From Acidobacteriota bacterium (GTDB taxonomy: Bacteria > Acidobacteriota > UBA6911 > RPQK01 > JAPXNP01): a DNA stretch of 64,000 bases. The notes below the pieces were generated by a model that searched no databases, was not told the DNA's origin, and saw only the letters and a list, made by a program, of their open reading frames with translations. The stretch's first letter is position 1. Every line of letters begins with the position of its first letter. The DNA lies in assembly GCA_037388505.1 (NCBI GenBank), contig JARRKC010000013.1, positions 9,999-73,998 on the forward strand. The letters run 5' to 3'. Positions 57,359-64,000 of this stretch are shown here, piece after piece. A program made the position numbers and the translations under genes.

Positions 57359-58319
57359 TCCAAGCCATGAGTATAGAAAGAGTTTTCTACCTCGGTTCCT
57401 CCTCGCAACGGATTCCCGTGCGGAGATCTTCGCCGTCAATGCTATTGATTACGAGATTAGAAAGTATGACAGCCGAGGTGACTACATCGGCGACTTCCGC
57501 CTCTGCGAGGATGAGGACTATCGACCTCCTCCAGAATCCGTCGACGTTGAGCGGCTCAGCACCGACCTCGACTGGCGGACTGATTGGGCCAACACCTGGA
57601 CCCGGCTCAAGAACGTAGAAACGATCGACGACCGTTACCTGATCGTCCAATTGACGTCCCCCGAGTCGCAAAGGTACCGCCTGCAATTCTATTCCCTCGA
57701 CGGAGCGGTCGCCTTCAAGCCAATCGACTGGGATCTGGAACTGGCCGATGCCGATCAAGCGGGAAATCTCTACTTCGAGGAGAGGGACGCGGGCGGCGGC
57801 GTCACGGCTCTGGATGTCTACGGACTCGGACCCAAGAGGGACGAAGCTCGGCAGACGCTGGTTCCTGCTGTGACGGGCATGACAAATCGACGGGCTGAAT
57901 CTCCGGTGCCGGCGCCTGAATTCTCGGTCACTGATCTCGAAGGAAACGAGTTCTCGTTGGAGAATCTACGAGGACGCGTGGTTCTGGTGACTTTCTGGTC
58001 CATCGGCTGTTCTCCTTGTCGAGCGGAGGTACCTCGACTGAACGCACTGGCAGAGGAGTTCAAGGGTCTGCCCGTCACTTTTCTCGCGCCGACACCGGAT
58101 GGAGCCAAAGCGCTGCAGCAATTCCTATCAACGACCGATTTCCGGTTCCGGGTTATCAATTATGCGGGCACGGACTTGGCGGATCGCTTCGGTGTCCACG
58201 GCAGTATCCCCGTTCATTTCCTGATCGATAAGAAAGGGAATGTCGATTCGGTGATCAACGGCGCCGTAGTGAACGACGAGCGGCTCGGTCGGCGAGTCAG
58301 GCAGTTGCTTGACCGCTGA
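57198..58319 (+). CDS. TlpA/ResA-like thiol:disulfide oxidoreductase domain protein (upstream region probably frameshifted, so start unreliable)
   Basis: C-terminal thioredoxin fold VVLVTFWSIGCSPCRAEVPRL. The first ~55 codons of this ORF (Cys/Ser/Arg-rich) look non-coding. Confidence 0.5.
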   Translation: MRVCRCSTFSRLLPPKMLITCSPRRESVKSILRGDWCGSWGTTSSSSERRTFGDPSHEYRKSFLPRFLLATDSRAEIFAVNAIDYEIRKYDSRGDYIGDFRLCEDEDYRPPPESVDVERLSTDLDWRTDWANTWTRLKNVETIDDRYLIVQLTSPESQRYRLQFYSLDGAVAFKPIDWDLELADADQAGNLYFEERDAGGGVTALDVYGLGPKRDEARQTLVPAVTGMTNRRAESPVPAPEFSVTDLEGNEFSLENLRGRVVLVTFWSIGCSPCRAEVPRLNALAEEFKGLPVTFLAPTPDGAKALQQFLSTTDFRFRVINYAGTDLADRFGVHGSIPVHFLIDKKGNVDSVINGAVVNDERLGRRVRQLLDR

Positions 58320-58435
58320 CCAGGTCTATCACTGGAGAAGAATAAACAGGGTCTTCGTTCAGAGTCAGTACCAACTCTCTTCCGACTGGGCGTCTCTCTC
58401 CTCGGATTCGGTGGACGCAGAATGGGTAGGAGAGC

Positions 58436-61243
58436 CTACCTGGCCCTACGGTGCTGCAAAGCCCGGAGGATGGCATCGATCACATCGTCAAGATGCTTTC
58501 CGAGATCTTGCGCAAGGAATCGCAGTACCAGATAGCCGTTCTCCTGCAGCAGATAGTCCTTGCGGCGATCGCGACGATAAGCGTCCGTGTCGGCGACGTG
58601 TTGGGGGCCATCGACTTCGAGGACCAACCTGGACTCAGCACAGAGGAAGTCCACCTCCATCGCTCCCCGTCCGTCGAAGGGGATCGGCAATGTCACGTTC
58701 AGTTGAAACCGCCCGGCGGTCTGGGGGAGCGTTTCCAGACGCCGGAAAAGGAAGGCCTCACTGCCACTTCGAGCCCGGCCGACCTCCGTCGCATCGGCGG
58801 ACGGAGTTCTGGTTGCGCGGACGAACAGATCGGCCAGCGGCTTATCCACGCCGTCTCGAACCAGCCTCCGGACACTGGCTGCATAATCCTCTTTCCAATC
58901 GGGATCGACGGGGAGCGACACGTCTGTGGGCCAGCCGGGCAACGCGTGGGCCGGCAGGATGATCTTGTATCCCGCCGCCTCGTAGCCTTTGCAGCGTCGG
59001 TCGAACATCCGCGCCAGCATAGGCACGTTCAGATCGGCATAGTCATAGACTCGAACTTCACGCTTCCTTTCATGCAGACGATGGAGCCGGCCGAGATACT
59101 GTGCGATCGTCCCCCGCCACGAGACGGGAAGAGTTAGAAACAGAGTATCCAACCGGGCATCGTCGAATCCTTCTCCGATGAAGCCACCGGTCGCCAAGAG
59201 AACACGCTCCTCAGTCTCCGGGATCGCGGCCAGCTGGGCTCGTGCTTCCCGAAGGGCCTTGCGTCCCATGCCGCCCCTCAACGTGACCAAGTGCGTCACT
59301 CGATCCGACAACGCCCGAGCCAGGATATCGAGATGCTCGTTGCGTTCGGTCAGAACGATGGGCGAGCGACCTTCTCGGACCGTCTGCACGACGTCCTCAC
59401 AGATGGCGCGGTTTCTTCTTTCATCGACGGTCAACTCATCATAGAGATCCTGAAATCGCAATCGGACATCGGGATCCGCAGGTCGAAGCGCACGAAAATC
59501 CGTAGGACGAACCAGCACCTTATGATCGAAGGGACGTCGGGCAGCCTGCCTTCTGGGATCCACGCGGTATCGGATCGGACCGCACTGCATGAAAATGATG
59601 GGATGGTGGCCGTCCTTGCGGATGGGCGTCGCCGACAGGCCGAGCACGAACTTCGACTTCGCCTCACGTGCAGCCAATTCGAAGCTGTGTGCAGGAATGT
59701 GGTGGCATTCGTCGACGATCAAATGGCCATATCGGCTCACGAGGTCGTCGACCTCCCCCTTGCGGACCAGGCTCTGGATCACCGCCACGTCCAGGAGACC
59801 CGTGGGCTTCTTTCGTCCTCCGCCGATGGTACCGATGCTCAACCTGGAAAGGCCGAGGAACGAGCTCAGTCTCTCGACCCACTGCTCGAGCAACTGTCTC
59901 CGATGAACGATCACCAGGGTATTGACACGGCGCCGGGCGATCATCCACGCGGCCACGACCGTCTTTCCGAAAGCCGTCGTCCCGGACAGCACCCCGATGT
60001 CGGAGACCAGCAGCGCGTCGGCGGCGAGCTTCTGCTCCGGCCGCAGGCGGCCCTGGAATTCGACATCCAGCGGCTCACCGCAGTAGCGTTCCTCCCGGAT
60101 TGCGGTTTCGATCCCAAGATCGGAGAGAAGCTGCATCAGGTCCTCCAAACATCCCCGTGGAAGGCCGACGTGCCGCGGGTAGTCTCGGGCACATCCGATG
60201 ATGCGAGGTTTGCGGAAGGTGGGAAGCCGCATCGCCTGGGCCCGGTAGAACTCGGGGTTCTGAAAGGCAGCCAGACGGATCAACCGGTTACGTAAGGCTG
60301 GCGCCAAGTCCTCTTTGGGAATGAAGATCTCATTTCCCAGAACGATCTCGAGCCGTTCCGGCAGCGGACCCGTGACGGGTGGGCCGACCCATCGGCGTGA
60401 CGGAGACGTCTTCCAGGGAGTCGCATCGTCGTCATCGGGCGCGAGGCGCACGCCGAGGATTCTCCCGCGGGCTTCCGCTTCGTCGACAACCGCTTCCACT
60501 TCAGCGCGCGTCATCTTCCGGATTTTCGACAGGAAGCTCCACTGATCCGAATAAGGAACAAACTGGTCGTCAACAAAGACTGAGTTTCCACCTTCCCTGG
60601 GTCCCTTTTGAAGGGGAAGGGCGATGAGATTGCCGAATCCGCCCTTCGGCAGGGTATCCTGATTCGGAAAGAGACGATCATACGAATCCAGGCCGATGTC
60701 CGGGCAACGCTCCATGGTTTCGGTCAAGATGAATGTGCCGAGCGAACGTGCCATTCGCGCGGGAATCGACTCATCGAAGAAGAACCACACATGGGCGCCG
60801 CCGCCGGACCGCGAGCGTTCCATGGCTGCCGGAAGATCAAACACGCGGCAGGTCTGAAGGAAGGCCAGTGCGTCCTCCTGCCAGTTCTCCTTGTCGAAGT
60901 CGGCAGCCAGAAAGAAGCAGGTTTCGTCCCGGAGCATCGGGTAGACGCCGACTACGCAATCCTGTTCCCGATCGTCTCGTCCCTCCAGATGGAAGCGGAT
61001 GACGTCGTCCGTCACGGCCAGAAAGCGCTGATGTGGACAGCGACTGCATTTGATCTTCGGCTTCTCGCACACGCCGGCCACCCACTCGTTCCCACAAGCC
61101 GGAGAGTATCCGGACCGGCCCGTCCTGCGGCTTTCGAATCGCCGCGGATACACGTCCTCGCGTCCTCGGAACAAGGACCGAAAGAGCGCGATCTTTACTT
61201 CCGGAGGAGAATGAAGATCGACGGCTAACGGCACTTCATCCAC
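58436..61243 (-). CDS. Multidomain protein: Zn-ribbon + archaeo-eukaryotic primase-polymerase (Prim-Pol) + XPB/Rad25-like SF2 helicase + C-terminal DUF559 (Vsr-like endonuclease fold)
   Basis: AEP motifs I FLAADFD, II SGGGAHVWFFF, III GLDSYD. Helicase motifs I GTTAFGKT, II VDECHH, III LSATP, VI QYLGRLHR. DUF559 …LVLEVDGPQHV…YRRDRRKDYLLQENGYLVLRF…. Confidence 0.8.
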   Translation of the reverse strand: MDEVPLAVDLHSPPEVKIALFRSLFRGREDVYPRRFESRRTGRSGYSPACGNEWVAGVCEKPKIKCSRCPHQRFLAVTDDVIRFHLEGRDDREQDCVVGVYPMLRDETCFFLAADFDKENWQEDALAFLQTCRVFDLPAAMERSRSGGGAHVWFFFDESIPARMARSLGTFILTETMERCPDIGLDSYDRLFPNQDTLPKGGFGNLIALPLQKGPREGGNSVFVDDQFVPYSDQWSFLSKIRKMTRAEVEAVVDEAEARGRILGVRLAPDDDDATPWKTSPSRRWVGPPVTGPLPERLEIVLGNEIFIPKEDLAPALRNRLIRLAAFQNPEFYRAQAMRLPTFRKPRIIGCARDYPRHVGLPRGCLEDLMQLLSDLGIETAIREERYCGEPLDVEFQGRLRPEQKLAADALLVSDIGVLSGTTAFGKTVVAAWMIARRRVNTLVIVHRRQLLEQWVERLSSFLGLSRLSIGTIGGGRKKPTGLLDVAVIQSLVRKGEVDDLVSRYGHLIVDECHHIPAHSFELAAREAKSKFVLGLSATPIRKDGHHPIIFMQCGPIRYRVDPRRQAARRPFDHKVLVRPTDFRALRPADPDVRLRFQDLYDELTVDERRNRAICEDVVQTVREGRSPIVLTERNEHLDILARALSDRVTHLVTLRGGMGRKALREARAQLAAIPETEERVLLATGGFIGEGFDDARLDTLFLTLPVSWRGTIAQYLGRLHRLHERKREVRVYDYADLNVPMLARMFDRRCKGYEAAGYKIILPAHALPGWPTDVSLPVDPDWKEDYAASVRRLVRDGVDKPLADLFVRATRTPSADATEVGRARSGSEAFLFRRLETLPQTAGRFQLNVTLPIPFDGRGAMEVDFLCAESRLVLEVDGPQHVADTDAYRRDRRKDYLLQENGYLVLRFLAQDLGKHLDDVIDAILRALQHRRAR

Positions 61244-61261
61244 AGTTGTAGTGTACCTTTT

Positions 61262-61284
61262 GAAATAGGGACAGGCTGCTTGAG
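61262..61284 (+). repeat. Single copy of the GGGACAG repeat family (GAAATAGGGACAGGCTGCTTGAG), 19 nt upstream of the Prim-Pol/helicase start
   Basis: Seen in sequence. Shares GAAATAGGGACAG with the inverted copy at 62008-62022. Confidence 0.6.
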
Positions 61285-61294
61285 TTCGAGCGAG

Positions 61295-61786
61295 CTACAG
61301 CCTCTCCCGGCAGAACAGAACGAAGTCCGTGGAGGCGGCAGGAAGACCGGATTGTCTCAGCAGGGTCGTAATCTGTCCGCGATGGTAGCTCGAGTGATTG
61401 ACCACGTGAAACAGGAGTTGCCACAGAGGTTGGGCGAACGGCTCCCCGGACGTATTTCGATAATGCAGGACTTCGCCCAGTGATGCCTCGGTCAAACCGG
61501 ACAGGAATTTGGCCATTTCACTGTCGACTTCTCGCCACCGTTCTCGGATCTTCGGAATGGACGACGAGTTCCAGCCCTCCGGTATCCCGGAGGGGGATGT
61601 TCCGGTCCAGCGTTCGAGCCAGACCCACTCGGCCGAGAGAATATGGTCGAGTGTTCCCTGGATTGACGCAAAGCTGCTCGAAAGGTCGCGCTGCAGCTCG
61701 TCCGAGCCGACGGCCGAGACAACATCCAACATGCGCCGGTTGGCCCACCCATTGTAGCCATAGAATTCTCGAATCTCTTTGAGCAT
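61295..61786 (-). CDS. DinB_2/DUF664-family (damage-inducible DinB-like four-helix bundle) protein
   Basis: …YNGWANRRMLD…HILSAEWVWLERW…HVVNHSSYHRGQI… typical of the DinB/YfiT family. Confidence 0.7.
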   Translation of the reverse strand: MLKEIREFYGYNGWANRRMLDVVSAVGSDELQRDLSSSFASIQGTLDHILSAEWVWLERWTGTSPSGIPEGWNSSSIPKIRERWREVDSEMAKFLSGLTEASLGEVLHYRNTSGEPFAQPLWQLLFHVVNHSSYHRGQITTLLRQSGLPAASTDFVLFCRERL

Positions 61787-61970
61787 GGGTCTCCTTCTCC
61801 CGCAGACAGGCTGGAGGAATCCCTGTCAGGTGCAATTACTCTGTCAGGTGTTGAGGAAGGAATGGACTTGACCCGTGTCCCGTGCTGCTTGAAGTCGTCA
61901 ATCATGAACGTAGCGTTTCAGATGCCGTAACAAGAGACCACATCGGAGCCGTCTTCAGCTTGCCGTGCAG

Positions 61971-62144
61971 CCTGTCCCTTTCCTACGTTCCTGACCGCGT
62001 AAACGAGGCTGTCCCTATTTCCGTCCTGTTGTCTCCTGCCTTTACCTTTCGCCCCGGCTGCAGTCTGTCCCCTTCCCCTGCCCGCGCTCGCGTGAATGAG
62101 TCTGTCCCCTTCTTCCGTCGTGAAGGAGTCTGTCCCTTTCTTGG
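61971..62144 (-). repeat. Array of five copies of the GGGACAG repeat (plus-strand form RGYCTGTCCCYTTYC) within a 780-bp non-coding gap upstream of dinB_2
   Basis: Copies at 61971-61983, 62008-62022, 62063-62078, 62098-62116 and 62126-62144 (spacings 37, 55, 35, 28 bp), all in the same orientation and inverted relative to the copies at 54972-61284. Confidence 0.7.
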
Positions 62145-62563
62145 TCATTGGGCGGATACCGAGGAACGGGATCCGAAGGGGAGATCCACGGAGAGGCCAA
62201 GTCACCGTGAGCCTTCCTCACCTCTGTCCCCTCCTCGTGGCCCAATATGCAACTCGTTCAGTCCACACCGGAAGCCGACCTCAGTTAGGATTCCGAGGGT
62301 GTGTTGCCGAAATCGTCTAGATCCTGCCTCGGCCTTGTCCAGTGTTCGTCGAGACTTGCTGAATCGATTCCTACGCTAAGCTCACCGAGGGCCTTAAGAC
62401 AGAGAAATCCTTTGCGTGAGATCGAGCCGGCGAGGTTCCGCATGCGCGCGAAGTGTCCAACCAAGCCGGGGCTGAAACCATTTGGGCAAAACGCCCACGG
62501 ACATCGAGCTGCTCCTGAAAGGATCACCAACCTGGTCAAGTCGAGCGTGGCGACTCTCGCGCA

Positions 62564-64000
62564 TCACGAGGTCGCCAGATGGGCGACGGTATAAGAGCGT
62601 GCCGGCAGCTTGAAGGTCATCCTCGCACCCGCCTGCGGCGCATCGAGCTTGCTCGGAACGACCAGATTCGGCTGATCGAAGGTGTTGAGCGCCTTCAGAT
62701 CCCCGCCGGTCAGCGTCTCGCAGGCCAGAACGCTCGTAGGGGTCGGATCCCGCCATTCGAGGATCAGTTCCCTCTCCGAATCGAGATCCCGATTCAGCAT
62801 GAATACCGATGCCTGGCCGTTCTTCCGGTCCATCGTTGTCACAACGTCCAGGTACGGCACGTCATCGTTACGAGCGAAATCCGCCTGCAAATGACCTGCC
62901 CTGATCGGATAGGTCTCGGATTCTACTTCCAAGTCGAGCACTCGCCCATTGGCGTACTTAAGTGCCCAGGCGAACGGATAGTAGATCGTCTGCTTGAGGA
63001 CCGAAGTCTCATTGGTCATTAGCGGCGCAATCACGTTGACGAGCTGAGCCAGGCAAGCCACTCGCACGCGATGCGACTCCCGCAGGAGCGTGTTCACGAA
63101 TCCGCCGACGAGCAGTGCGTCTTCGAGGTTATAGGGCTCCTCCAGGAGGTGAGGTGCAAAGGTCCGCTCGCCGTCGACGAAACGTCCGTTACGAGCACGA
63201 TACCAGACATTCCATTCATCGAAGGAAAGCCAAAGCTGTTTGGGAGATTTGCGCAGCCCCTGGACATAGTCGCAGACCGCGATGATTTCCTGGATCTGTT
63301 TCTCCATGTCGAGATTCATCGCAAGGTAGCGCGAGGTGTCGTTCCCTGACAGTTCGGGTGTGTTGCCGTAGTAGTTGTGCAACGAGATGCCGTCGACCAG
63401 ATCGAAACACTCCTCGAGCACCTCGCGGTCCCAAGTGAGGTAGGTGGGCATGTTCGTGTTGCTCGATCCACAGGCGATCAGCTTGGCATTGGGGGTGGTA
63501 ACGCGAATCTGCTGAGCGGCATCGCGCGCTTTGCGGCCATACTCGCGCGCCGGCATGTGGCCCATCTGCCAAGGCCCATCCATCTCATTGCCCAGACACC
63601 AGTACTTCACGTTCCAGGGCTTTTCGTAGCCGTGCTGACGCCTCAGGTCGCTCCACTTCGTACCCTTCTCGATGTTGCAGTATTCGGCCAGGGCCGCAGC
63701 GGATGCAGGTGTGCCCGTGCCGAGATTGAATCCAAGCAACGGCTCCGTGTTGACCAGTTGACACCACTGCATGAACTCATTCGTGCCGAACTGGTTGGTT
63801 TCAATCGAATTCCAGGCCTTTTCCAAGACGGTCGGGCGCTGATTCTTTGGTCCGACACCGTCCAACCAGTTGTAGCCGGAGACGAAGTTTCCGCCGGGGT
63901 ACCGAATGATCGGGACACCCAGTTCCTTTACAGCCGCCATCACATCGCGGCGGAAGCCGTGTTCATCGGCCAGAGGGGAACCCGGCTCGTACACGCCTTC
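62564..64000 (-). CDS. Alpha-L-arabinofuranosidase, GH51 (5' end beyond window)
   Basis: Collinear with GH51 AbfA (…YEPGSPLADEHGFRRDVMAAVKELGVPIIRYPGGNFVSGYNWLDGVGP…, catalytic …CLGNEMDG…). About 35 N-terminal residues lie outside the window; the ORF-track M at 63994 is an internal GTG. Confidence 0.8.
   Translation of the reverse strand, partial: EGVYEPGSPLADEHGFRRDVMAAVKELGVPIIRYPGGNFVSGYNWLDGVGPKNQRPTVLEKAWNSIETNQFGTNEFMQWCQLVNTEPLLGFNLGTGTPASAAALAEYCNIEKGTKWSDLRRQHGYEKPWNVKYWCLGNEMDGPWQMGHMPAREYGRKARDAAQQIRVTTPNAKLIACGSSNTNMPTYLTWDREVLEECFDLVDGISLHNYYGNTPELSGNDTSRYLAMNLDMEKQIQEIIAVCDYVQGLRKSPKQLWLSFDEWNVWYRARNGRFVDGERTFAPHLLEEPYNLEDALLVGGFVNTLLRESHRVRVACLAQLVNVIAPLMTNETSVLKQTIYYPFAWALKYANGRVLDLEVESETYPIRAGHLQADFARNDDVPYLDVVTTMDRKNGQASVFMLNRDLDSERELILEWRDPTPTSVLACETLTGGDLKALNTFDQPNLVVPSKLDAPQAGARMTFKLPARSYTVAHLATS

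Noticed and set aside
61882-62379. 165-aa ORF in the dinB upstream gap
   Set aside because: It is composed of the CTGTCCC repeat units (recurring SLS/SPS tripeptides) and lacks an RBS; most likely non-coding.

Overview
This is a 64-kb, high-GC (roughly 60-65%) chromosomal segment with about 50 protein-coding genes. Everything below is from reading motifs in the translated ORFs and the raw DNA; no database search could be run.

Likely source: an Acidobacteria-type genome. The evidence is a PadR regulator next to an ADOP-type (duplicated FtsX/MacB-like) permease, a TIGR03435-like C-terminal domain, secreted CarboxypepD_reg+TPR proteins, and BlaI/BlaR1-like pairs. No rRNA, tRNA, CRISPR array, transposase or integrase was recognised.

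Gene content in order:
- an aldehyde dehydrogenase and a GH140-like glycoside hydrolase;
- a tightly packed Atu/Liu-like acyl-CoA operon (5217-11083, Atu/Liu-like order ACAD-carboxyltransferase-AtuA-DUF4387-enoyl-CoA hydratase);
- a prolyl oligopeptidase, a large multi-PAS hybrid histidine kinase, an SGNH-DUF1080 fusion and a porin;
- a peroxiredoxin interrupted by an in-frame TGA at the catalytic cysteine, followed by a hairpin, which I read as a selenocysteine peroxiredoxin;
- a BNR-repeat protein, two tandem CarboxypepD_reg-TPR paralogs and an SGNH+MBOAT O-acyltransferase pair;
- a PadR-ADOP pair, a P3A-type P-type ATPase, and a BlaI-BlaR1 pair followed by a TPR+TlpA thioredoxin-like protein;
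- a distal block (52.9-62.2 kb) with SfsA, a DUF123 nuclease-like gene, VapBC, an OmpA-like protein, a lipoprotein/TlpA gene and a 935-aa AEP primase-polymerase + XPB-like helicase + DUF559 nuclease fusion next to a DinB_2 gene. This block is threaded by ten copies of a locus-specific ~20-nt GRAAAGGGACAGRCT repeat.

Other short repeat arrays (ATAGGAC/GTCCTAT heptamers at two intergenic sites; TGTCCAT repeats in an AT-rich island) look like uncharacterised regulatory sites.
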